Virus record (IMG/VR): IMGVR_UViG_3300023175_000022
Length of the DNA: 64,000 bases
Strand: one strand, 5' to 3'
Source of the DNA: an uncultured virus (IMG/VR IMGVR_UViG_3300023175_000022)
Lineage: Duplodnaviria; Heunggongvirae; Uroviricota; Caudoviricetes
Shown piece after piece: positions 31,301 through 38,766 of the stretch (positions within the stretch are counted from its first letter, which is position 1; each line of letters opens with the position of its first letter). The position numbers were made by a program, and so were the translations under genes. A model generated the notes under the pieces. That model was not told where the DNA came from. It saw nothing but the letters and a program-made list of their open reading frames with translations, and searched no databases.

Positions 31301-31811
31301 CAGTGTAAATGGTAGACTAGATACTAATTTAATTTCTAGTAATCAATCTAATGTTGGTTCAATGGCATTGCCATGGGATTGGGGTTACTTCAACGATATC
31401 AACGTAGCGAATACTGCGACAATTCTTAACCTCGAAGTCACAACGTTGGAAGCAAATGGTGTTGCATTAACAGGCACTGGCGGAGATGTTACTACGACTT
31501 CAGCCACAGAAATTGATAGTATTGATTTGCAATCTTTGAATAAGACACAAGGATTTAAATATTTCGTTCACGGCAAAGATTTGAATGATTCAGATTCAGG
31601 TTATGCAGTCGAGATAAATGTTGTCATAACAGATAATGATGACATTTATTATACACGTTATGGTGAAGTAGAAACAAATATGAGTGATGTATCTCTCATT
31701 CCTGAATTAGCTGCGAATACTACACATGTCGTATTAAAAGCAACATGTGGTTCAGCGTCAGGTACAAATATACATAGATTTAATGTAATGAAGATCGAGA
31801 CGAGAGATTAA
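28365..31811 (+). CDS. Tail fibre protein with ~110-aa repeats
   Basis: N-terminal NTFADWLLKTN attachment motif; repeated WDAS...F.D....TFGD..DL.IYH.GTNSYI and L.T...G.EV.G units. Confidence 0.75.
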   Translation: MALLSGFDQLDVSNNTFADWLLKTNNIIDLIRGDTVSGATSVMTANSLPGGSMTFGNATLFGQFTANTMMVLNQGGNDGTDDSVFANGDFGGLRGGNWDPSTNTLSADTLYVVSNTTFTDESVEVYVDSTYGLIVERFIEARHDVRFVGSGSNTNPNLNWDDANTVLSFNNDIRATFGGSSNAEPWGGTSQMEMFYSSGRMYSNTDVQDVRSTANLNLITDRFELRSETGGEEMITANLNGEVVLFWNDIAKMTTNTYGITVHGDAILEDDLVIFDGNKILMGGNTTYDGTEDLTTYKFQMFTDGSDSYIVADDRDLYIEVNEGFELTNIGRGTHYMTANAYGQDEVILYANGTKRLEVVDGSQGNNSVDGVEIFGEANTTTLRVRSDANFDNDTLNSNSVHWDASLEVWNYRDNVKATWGDSDDLEVYYTGTRGNVNTDILDVRGSTNTNIFTDDFEMRSDTGNELLMTANVNNGVELYHNNIKKVSSNTHGVEVYGQVIADNGFVTYNGQPIEMGGANYAAAHNFTIVTDGTDTTITETSNDLSVRVEDNFRVTDDSGTTSLIVANTAGEVTLYWNNVQKLQTNTAGIEVYGESNTVTLRVLTDANFDGSTGLDSNNISWDASANTLYVRDDTPVVWGDDNDLTIKHDGTNSYIREAGVSSNLYIEATDLIIRGTAGSRYFEGDDGVATRLYSPQSDTLEVTIDNVGVLIANEANTDTLTVRSTSRFQDDIGIEGSTSANTITWDKSANTLNFDDNNYLTMGTGGDFIMYHEGANTYIKELNASGDLVLQANNMQLEDTSGQAYFCGTAGQGASMHFNGDQKLITRNDGVEANGLFDTDTLLVTSYANFEADVYFDGTAADQLHWDASADVLQFNDGVQATFGDDDDLRIYHNGTNSFIDDAGTGNLLIRSSHIKLQKYTGENMITGVADGVVTLYHDNIAKLATTATGINVIGNVVGDGLQIDGNVDLGSLSTHSVSVNGRLDTNLISSNQSNVGSMALPWDWGYFNDINVANTATILNLEVTTLEANGVALTGTGGDVTTTSATEIDSIDLQSLNKTQGFKYFVHGKDLNDSDSGYAVEINVVITDNDDIYYTRYGEVETNMSDVSLIPELAANTTHVVLKATCGSASGTNIHRFNVMKIETRD

Positions 31812-32224
31812 TGGCAAACGCTATATACGATAAATTTAAAGAGGCTATTCTCAGTGGTAGCAGTGATTCTGCTTTAAATAATGGCAATCTGAAGGTTGCG
31901 CTGATCAATACTGACAATGAGAGTTATACTGCGACAGATCAGTTTTATTCTGACGTGAGTGCGCTAGCCAATACTGCAGTAGCTAATGCTACATTGACAA
32001 ATGTCACTCTGACAAACGGTGTATTAGATGCCGACGATGTGAGATTTGTCTCGGTCACAGATACAACAGAATGCGAAGCTTTATTGTTTTATATCGACAC
32101 AGGAAACACAGCAACGAGCAGACTAGTTGCATTTATGGATACAAATATCAACGGACTACCAATTACACCTGATGGCTCGAATGTAGATATTTCATGGAGC
32201 ACATCAGGAATATTCAAATTATAA
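31811..32224 (+). CDS. Small virion structural protein
   Basis: MANAIY..FKE..L...LKVALI...GVLDADD...LVAFMD...LPITPDG..V.ISW...GIF.L, a common phage virion family. Confidence 0.7.
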   Translation: MANAIYDKFKEAILSGSSDSALNNGNLKVALINTDNESYTATDQFYSDVSALANTAVANATLTNVTLTNGVLDADDVRFVSVTDTTECEALLFYIDTGNTATSRLVAFMDTNINGLPITPDGSNVDISWSTSGIFKL

Positions 32225-32236
32225 GAAGAGAAAAAA

Positions 32237-33325
32237 ATGGCATCTACATCACAACAATTTGATACTCTCGATGGATTAGTCGTCACAGGAGACATGTCGG
32301 TTGGAGCCAATTTAAATGTCGATTCGGGTACATTGTTTGTCGATGCTTCTACTAATCGTGTAGGTATCGGCAAGACAAACCCGCAGTATAATTTGGATAT
32401 CCCCGGAAATGCATTTATCGATACGCTGACCGCAAACAACTTTAACTACGTTTCTATTTCTTCTATTAATATTGATAATTTAACTTTTTCAGGCAATACA
32501 GTTGAATCTTCATCTTTGCTAATATTAAAATCTGGATCTACTAATGCTATTGATCTAGATAGCGGCGCGGGTGCTGTTAGATTAGAAAAAGGTTCTACTG
32601 AATATGGTCGTTTGAGTGAAAATGGTGGTAGCTTAGTCATTGCAGCAGGCGCATCAACATCTACTGCATTAACTCTTCAGGCAGATGGCGATGCATTCTT
32701 TGCAGCAAATGTGCATATGGTGAATGGCGACTATTTCCATTTAGGCGCTAATACGTTGAGAGGTACCAATAGCGGAGTACAAATTAGCTCTAACACATAT
32801 CATGCCGGCTATTTAGTACACTCTACAACTGATACTGATACACATATTAAATTTAATAATAATCAAATCGCATTGACTGCTGGTGGTTCAACAGTCTTAT
32901 CTGCCAATTCTACTATCATCAGCACCCCTAAGCTAAAGGTTGATGATTTTTTCCTTGAAAATGTATATGAAGGCACGATAGATACTTCAGCAAATCCCGA
33001 TAGATATATTTTTAATATGCAATTGGGATCGGTTCAAACTATTACTGCGGTCGCTGATTTTCATGTAGATTTTTCAGGTATGTCAGCTCTCCCAGCTAGC
33101 ACTGCAGCTACTTTTACATTGATAGTCACGAATAGTGGCGGAACTCATGAAATTACATGGCCCGGAAGTACCGAAGATGACGCAATGTATTGGGCTGAAG
33201 GTGTAGAGCCTCCTTCTTCTAGCGGTGTAGATATATACACTTTTTATTATGTTAGAAATTCAGCTGGAACAGGCGGTACAATGTATGCTGGATTAGCATT
33301 ACGAAAAGCTGGATGGGCGCAGTAA
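32237..33325 (+). CDS. Short tail fibre/adaptor protein
   Basis: VDSGTLFVDASTNRVGIGKTNP fibre motif and C-terminal FTLIV......ITWP....W..G..P......DIYTF domain. Confidence 0.7.
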   Translation: MASTSQQFDTLDGLVVTGDMSVGANLNVDSGTLFVDASTNRVGIGKTNPQYNLDIPGNAFIDTLTANNFNYVSISSINIDNLTFSGNTVESSSLLILKSGSTNAIDLDSGAGAVRLEKGSTEYGRLSENGGSLVIAAGASTSTALTLQADGDAFFAANVHMVNGDYFHLGANTLRGTNSGVQISSNTYHAGYLVHSTTDTDTHIKFNNNQIALTAGGSTVLSANSTIISTPKLKVDDFFLENVYEGTIDTSANPDRYIFNMQLGSVQTITAVADFHVDFSGMSALPASTAATFTLIVTNSGGTHEITWPGSTEDDAMYWAEGVEPPSSSGVDIYTFYYVRNSAGTGGTMYAGLALRKAGWAQ

Positions 33326-33337
33326 CAGGAGTTAAAT

Positions 33338-35248
33338 ATGCCAGCTGGAGGTAAAGGATTTTTTTCGAGAACATGGGCTGAGACGTTTAACGAATCGCGT
33401 GACGTCGCCACTCGAAATACTCCTATTGATTTACCATACGGAAAACATGTTCTAGAAATTGAAGGGCGTGGCGGACGTGGTCAACCAAATGTAATACAAC
33501 CAGCATATCAAGTACAAACTTTATATCCCGCGCGGGATTATCAACAAGCTGCTTATCAGACTAGTCAACCAGCTTATTATGTGCAAACTAATTATCCTGC
33601 TAGATATACTCTTCAGCCTGCATATACACGTTACGTAGATCATCCTGAAAGATATACAACTCAACCTGCTTATGAAACTTCGGCTGCAAAACCTGCTCGT
33701 TTTACTCTTCAACCAGCATATACTACATATACAAATCATCCTGAAAGATATACATCTCAGCCTGCGTATCTAACCGCGTCTGCTAAACCAGCTAGATATA
33801 CTCTTCAACCAGCATATGAAACATCTCGCTTTTATGAAGGCACATCGTATTTTTCGCCAGGATATGAAACATCTAGCTTTTATGAAGGCGCATCGTATTA
33901 TTCGCCAGCATATTCAACATCTGCTTTTTATGAAGGCACAAACCATTATTATCAAGCTGGTTATCATGAATATACCTATTATCCAGCACGCGGGTATTGG
34001 ACCTCGCATCCGTCGAGAGGCTATTATCAAGCTGGATACGGCCCAGTAGTAGACTATTTTAATTCATTTCCTAGTTTTGATGGATATGTTTATTATCCTG
34101 CAAGATATATTCAACAACCAGCTTATAGTACGTACTTCCTTCATTACGGCCGATGGATATATGATCCAAGTAAAAATTTTCCGGCGCGCTATACTGTACA
34201 ATTTGGTTATCATTCTGGTCCATATTATTATCTCCGCGCGACGCCAGAGGACACAGTACCAGTCACATGGATAGATGGCTACATAGCCGCAAATTATTAC
34301 CCTACTAGATATTCTGTACAACCTAGTTATCCTAGCCCGCAATCATATTATCAAATACATGGATGGTATTATTGGGCTGATAATTATCCAGCGAGATTTA
34401 CAAGACAACCTGGTTATTTAAAATATACAAATTACCCTGCTAGATCCTATTGGCAGGCTGCCTATACACGATTAGATGGCTATCAACCCGCGTATCAAGT
34501 AATACAATATTTCCCGGAGAGGTCATATACTCAACCAGATGTAACTACATACACTAATTATCCTGGTAGAACATATGTTGAACCAGATTTAACTTTATAT
34601 AGTAATCATCCTGGTAGAACATATACTCAACCAGATGTAACTACATATAGTAATTATCCGTTGAGATATTCTGTACAGCCATCATATACACAATACACTA
34701 GTTATCCACAGCGTATTTCATATCATGCTCCTTATGAAACATCTCAAAATCATCCATTGAGATATTCTAAACAACCAGCCTATACTCAATATAGTAATTT
34801 TCCACAACGTATTTCATATCAGGCTGCATATGAAACATCTACGAGTTATCCATTGAGATATAGTGTTAATCCTGCTTATCAAGTACAAACGTTGTATCCG
34901 TCGAGAACGACTTATTACCCATCTCGAACTTATCAACAACCAGCTTATTATGTGCAAACTAATTATCCTGCTAGATATTTTACTGGAACATCTGGAGAAG
35001 ATACGATTGTATATGTACAAGATGCACAAAATACATATTATCAATTTAGAGCTCCTGGCACTGCTTCTCCGGCGGCCGGTTCTTATACCAATCCCGCTTT
35101 GCCCCCTACAGTATATGCGACCGTTTATGCAACTGAAGTTGGTGGTGTTTATCAAACATCTGTACAAGCTTATGTTGGTTCAGGAACAAACAATACAAAT
35201 GCTGCCCAAAAAGGGTTTATAAATATGAAGTACGATGCTGACGTTTAA
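33338..35248 (+). CDS. Tyr/Pro/Gln-rich repeat protein; putative adhesin with a long antiparallel beta-ribbon insert
   Basis: SD AGGAG. About 27 units based on a 16-aa QPAY-x5-YPAR-x3 repeat between short non-repetitive ends. Confidence 0.85.
   Translation: MPAGGKGFFSRTWAETFNESRDVATRNTPIDLPYGKHVLEIEGRGGRGQPNVIQPAYQVQTLYPARDYQQAAYQTSQPAYYVQTNYPARYTLQPAYTRYVDHPERYTTQPAYETSAAKPARFTLQPAYTTYTNHPERYTSQPAYLTASAKPARYTLQPAYETSRFYEGTSYFSPGYETSSFYEGASYYSPAYSTSAFYEGTNHYYQAGYHEYTYYPARGYWTSHPSRGYYQAGYGPVVDYFNSFPSFDGYVYYPARYIQQPAYSTYFLHYGRWIYDPSKNFPARYTVQFGYHSGPYYYLRATPEDTVPVTWIDGYIAANYYPTRYSVQPSYPSPQSYYQIHGWYYWADNYPARFTRQPGYLKYTNYPARSYWQAAYTRLDGYQPAYQVIQYFPERSYTQPDVTTYTNYPGRTYVEPDLTLYSNHPGRTYTQPDVTTYSNYPLRYSVQPSYTQYTSYPQRISYHAPYETSQNHPLRYSKQPAYTQYSNFPQRISYQAAYETSTSYPLRYSVNPAYQVQTLYPSRTTYYPSRTYQQPAYYVQTNYPARYFTGTSGEDTIVYVQDAQNTYYQFRAPGTASPAAGSYTNPALPPTVYATVYATEVGGVYQTSVQAYVGSGTNNTNAAQKGFINMKYDADV
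33566..34978 (+). repeat. Perfect 42-bp direct repeat (33566-33607 and 34937-34978)
   Basis: CAACCAGCTTATTATGTGCAAACTAATTATCCTGCTAGATAT in both copies, 1371 bp (457 codons) apart. Confidence 0.95.
35218..35225 (+). promoter_or_regulatory. T4-type late promoter box
   Basis: TATAAATA 45 nt upstream of the first oxygenase gene. Confidence 0.65.
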
Positions 35249-35269
35249 TTAATTTAAGGTGATTATATA

Positions 35270-35881
35270 ATGTTTCAAATTCAAGAAAAGCTTGTCCCTC
35301 CTCATTTTCTTTCTCATTTCGGTGTTATGAAATCTGTTTTTGACGATGAAGAAATCGATCGAATCAAATTTTACGAGAAGATTTTAGATTTTACGCCGGC
35401 GGCAACGGTCGGCCAAAAAGTTGATCCAGAAACTCATGACCCGGATGTTCATGATTATCGAAATAATAAAGTCGGTTATATGACTGTTGATCAAAATACC
35501 GAATGGTTATGGAGTAAAATAGCGCATATAACAGGCAAAGCTAATTACGATTTATTCCTATACGATATTGAATTTCTAGAAACAATAAACTATTTGATAT
35601 ATGAAGAAGGCAATGAGTATAAAGAACATCGCGACTGCTCATCTTACGGTTATCGCAAATATGATAGAAAAATATCAGGTATAGTAATGTTATCTGATTC
35701 GGACGAATATGAAGGTGGAGAACTCGAAATAAATATATCAGCAACCTCCTTTGAAAAAACTGAATTACAGAAAGGTGATGTGGCATTTTTTGATAGTTGG
35801 TTTACTCATCGAGTAAATCCAGTTACTAAAGGAACTAGAAGGACATTAGCATTTTGGGCGCATGGATTGAACAAAATATGA
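35270..35881 (+). CDS. 2OG-Fe(II) oxygenase (PKHD/prolyl-hydroxylase-like)
   Basis: HxD (EHRD), RKIS..V.LSD..EYEGGEL, distal His (THRV.PVTKG.R) and 2OG-binding Arg. Confidence 0.92.
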   Translation: MFQIQEKLVPPHFLSHFGVMKSVFDDEEIDRIKFYEKILDFTPAATVGQKVDPETHDPDVHDYRNNKVGYMTVDQNTEWLWSKIAHITGKANYDLFLYDIEFLETINYLIYEEGNEYKEHRDCSSYGYRKYDRKISGIVMLSDSDEYEGGELEINISATSFEKTELQKGDVAFFDSWFTHRVNPVTKGTRRTLAFWAHGLNKI

Positions 35882-36135
35882 ATCTTTGGAATAAAATAAA
35901 AAAATGGTTTATCGCATTATTCATCGATGAATATGAGGTGACAATATATTTTCCTAATGAAATTATTGAAAAACCAGATGGCAGCAAACAACAAGGTTTT
36001 AATCCCAAAACCTATGTTTGTAGAAAATTAAAAAAGGTAACAAATACTCACTTTAAATTATGTCTAGTTGATGGTAATTTTGTAGAGATTAAAACTGTAG
36101 ATCCAGTGGGATTTGATATTGTAAAAACAAAATAG
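35878..36135 (+). CDS. Hypothetical protein
   Basis: ATGA overlap with the oxygenase stop; 85 aa. Confidence 0.7.
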   Translation: MNLWNKIKKWFIALFIDEYEVTIYFPNEIIEKPDGSKQQGFNPKTYVCRKLKKVTNTHFKLCLVDGNFVEIKTVDPVGFDIVKTK

Positions 36136-36142
36136 GTTTATT

Positions 36143-36472
36143 ATGGCTGAAGAAGAACAGATAAAACACGCGTATCACCCAGCAGATTCTAATGGAGATG
36201 GTAAAGTTAGCAAAGAAGAAGAAAGATTATACCTTGAATTCAAAAGAAAAGAACTTGAAGATGCAGATGCAATGCGAGATGCTCAAAGAAAAATGGCATG
36301 GTTCGCTCTTGCTGGTATGTTGCTCTATCCCGCCATGGTTGTTATTACTGATCTTGCTGGATTAGAAAAAGCATCAAATATTTTAGGTGACATGGCTCCA
36401 ACATATTTTGTTGCCGTCGCTGGTTTAGTAGCAGCGTTTTTTGGAGCACAAGCTTATCAAAAAGGAAAATAA
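36143..36472 (+). CDS. Putative holin with an EF-hand-like loop
   Basis: Two hydrophobic helices (WFALAGMLLYPAMVVI; YFVAVAGLVAAFFGA) and a basic C-terminus, directly upstream of the spanins. Confidence 0.6.
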   Translation: MAEEEQIKHAYHPADSNGDGKVSKEEERLYLEFKRKELEDADAMRDAQRKMAWFALAGMLLYPAMVVITDLAGLEKASNILGDMAPTYFVAVAGLVAAFFGAQAYQKGK

Positions 36473-36475
36473 ATT

Positions 36476-36868
36476 ATGCCAATATTGATTTTGTTATTTT
36501 TATTAATGTCAATGGGTGGAGGAGCGTGGTATTATTATACTGATACTCAAGAAAGGCTTGCAACTCTCAGAGACAATAACTCAAAGCTAATGTTAGTCGC
36601 GGAAACAAATCAACAAACGATTGACAGCCTGCAAAAAGATTACGCGATCGCTCAAGAAAATCTAGAGAACCTCGCGAAAAGAGCACAAGAGGCAGAAGTA
36701 TATCAAGATGAATTAGCAGCAAAGCTAAGACGACATGATTTGACTGTTCTTACCCTACAAAAACCTGGATTAATTGAAAAGAGAGTAAACAATGCAACAT
36801 CCAAAATTTTTATGCAAATTGAAGCTGACACTGGTAACCAGTCTGCTATTGCTTCTCAGTCTGAATAG
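36476..36868 (+). CDS. Inner-membrane spanin (Rz-like)
   Basis: Single N-terminal TM helix followed by a long coiled coil; KPGLIEKRVN motif. Confidence 0.75.
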   Translation: MPILILLFLLMSMGGGAWYYYTDTQERLATLRDNNSKLMLVAETNQQTIDSLQKDYAIAQENLENLAKRAQEAEVYQDELAAKLRRHDLTVLTLQKPGLIEKRVNNATSKIFMQIEADTGNQSAIASQSE

Positions 36869-37244
36869 CGGCTGTGCGAGTGTAGAACCACAAGTCGTTG
36901 TAAAAACAGATTATATTGTCAAAGACATTCCGATTCAACCTCGACCTAAACCAGTAAATTTACATCGTGTAAAATTTTATGCTGTTACTCCGGAAAATAT
37001 AGACGAATTTTTACAAAAGTTCGAAAAAGAATCAGGTGTTACCGTTTATTTTGCATTGAGTGTACCTGATTATGAAAACATGAGTTTGAATGTTGCAGAA
37101 TTGCGTAGATATATAAACCAGCAGCAAGCTCTTATTATATATTATGAAGAGTCTATCGAGACTATGATAAGAGAAACTCCTGAAGATTCAGAAGTTATAG
37201 TTCAAGAAGGAACCGATTCTTTATTTGATTTATTTAAATGGTAA
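36792..37244 (+). CDS. Outer-membrane spanin lipoprotein (Rz1-like)
   Basis: Overlaps the i-spanin end in another frame. Signal peptide with lipobox-like LNSG-C (Cys at 36873), Pro-rich segment and YENMSLN..EL.RYI.QQ helix. True start may be a downstream TTG. Confidence 0.75.
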   Translation: MQHPKFLCKLKLTLVTSLLLLLSLNSGCASVEPQVVVKTDYIVKDIPIQPRPKPVNLHRVKFYAVTPENIDEFLQKFEKESGVTVYFALSVPDYENMSLNVAELRRYINQQQALIIYYEESIETMIRETPEDSEVIVQEGTDSLFDLFKW

Positions 37245-37247
37245 ATT

Positions 37248-37979
37248 ATGACAATTGATGTAAAATTTTTAGATACTAGTAATGGTATGTATCGGATTCA
37301 TCCAGTTCAACGAGCAGCAGCAGTTGAAGCCGCACATAAAAAGAAACAAATAGACAAACACGGCAAAGAAACCTTTGTCGATTGTCCTGGTATTTTTGAT
37401 TATAAAAATACTGGTTGGATTATACCAGCTTGGGATGAATTTAAAATATATTGTTCAGACAAAGCGACGATGGCATATGCTGGTGGCAGCTCAAAAATGC
37501 GCGAGGCAAACGGTAATATTCCATGTCCAGTGCATCATGATAGTAATCCAAATGGTATGAGTCCAGATATTACTGATGGCATACCTCCAGGTGACAAAAA
37601 TGCAGTTGCAAGATTGCAACCACTTCATTTTACTTCTCCATGGATGGTAATGCCAGAAGGAGATGTATCTTTCTTATTATTGGCTCCTCATTATCATTCA
37701 GATATTGTTGATGATTTTATCATTTATCCGGGAATAGTAGATTATAATCCTCGATTTGGAGCTTTAAATTGGATTATGTCACCTCGAAGAGAGGGTACTT
37801 ATACAATTAAAGCTGGTACTCCATTATTACATGTAATACCAATACATAAAGCTGATTATAGAATTATCATGACTCCAGAGAAAAGAGAAAGACCTGGAAT
37901 CATTGCTTCTGCTAGTCAATTTTATCGTAAATACGTTATGAAAAGATCAAAATATACAGTGGAAATAAAAGATGATTAA
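37248..37979 (+). CDS. DUF6065-like protein commonly clustered with phage oxygenases
   Basis: CPGIFDY...GWIIP.W, F.SPW, S.L...P.YH, PGIVD and IKAGTPLLHVIP. Confidence 0.6.
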   Translation: MTIDVKFLDTSNGMYRIHPVQRAAAVEAAHKKKQIDKHGKETFVDCPGIFDYKNTGWIIPAWDEFKIYCSDKATMAYAGGSSKMREANGNIPCPVHHDSNPNGMSPDITDGIPPGDKNAVARLQPLHFTSPWMVMPEGDVSFLLLAPHYHSDIVDDFIIYPGIVDYNPRFGALNWIMSPRREGTYTIKAGTPLLHVIPIHKADYRIIMTPEKRERPGIIASASQFYRKYVMKRSKYTVEIKDD

Positions 37980-38766
37980 TCAAGAAAAACTTGAAGATTT
38001 AAAATTAGATATTTGGTTTAATGATAGGGGCGTATATGTTGAAAATATACTAGAAGAACCAGAAATCTATGCCGACTGGGATAGTTTAGTAGAAACATTT
38101 GCTTTACCCCATGTGGGTAATCACTTGTATATGAATAAAACTGACGATATAAGTGAAATAGTAAATGTTGTAAATATTAGAAATACTAATGGTCTAGAAA
38201 AACAATATTTAAAAACAAATGAAATTCAGAAAGAAGTTAAATCTTTTAACGAATCGCCGTGTGTCACATCACAAGAATTATTAGAAAATAATCATACGTT
38301 TATAGTCACTGATTGGGAAAGATATAACGAAAATGCCAGAAATATAATTCATCAATTATTAGAGACTTTTTATGTTGAACATGTAAATTTTGGCATTTGG
38401 CCAGCACAAATTAGCGATTATTCTGGGCATGCTCATTTATATGCTGGTTTAAAAGACAGTAATTCATTTAGTCCTCACTGTGATATGCCTTCGAATTTTA
38501 TTTTTCAAATAGATGGTGAAACTGAAGTTACCATTTATAAAAATCGTAGCTGTCAATTATTAGATAGTTCGATAGACGGCACATGGGAAGAAGATAGAAG
38601 AAAAGAATTATTCGATAGTTTCGAAATTGATTTTGAGGTCGTAATGAAACCAGGTGATATGATTTATGTTCCTTCACGTCAATATCATTATTTTAAACCA
38701 TTGACAAATCGATTATCAATTAGTTATCCACTTATATATCGCAGTCCTTTCGAAGGCATGTTATGA
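37972..38766 (+). CDS. JmjC/cupin_4 (YcfD/ROX-like) 2OG oxygenase
   Basis: H.Y......SFSPHCD...NFIFQIDG and MKPGDMIYVP...YH......RLSIS (HxD...H triad). Confidence 0.88.
   Translation: MINQEKLEDLKLDIWFNDRGVYVENILEEPEIYADWDSLVETFALPHVGNHLYMNKTDDISEIVNVVNIRNTNGLEKQYLKTNEIQKEVKSFNESPCVTSQELLENNHTFIVTDWERYNENARNIIHQLLETFYVEHVNFGIWPAQISDYSGHAHLYAGLKDSNSFSPHCDMPSNFIFQIDGETEVTIYKNRSCQLLDSSIDGTWEEDRRKELFDSFEIDFEVVMKPGDMIYVPSRQYHYFKPLTNRLSISYPLIYRSPFEGML

Noticed and set aside
33338..35248. Diversity-generating retroelement or CRISPR-like array explaining the repeats
   Set aside because: No reverse transcriptase or cas gene in the window, no template/variable pair differing only at adenines, and the repeats are in-frame coding units.
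33338..35248. Mussel-glue-like DOPA adhesive
   Set aside because: No tyrosinase or multicopper oxidase is recognisable, and the adjacent 2OG enzymes are not known to make DOPA.
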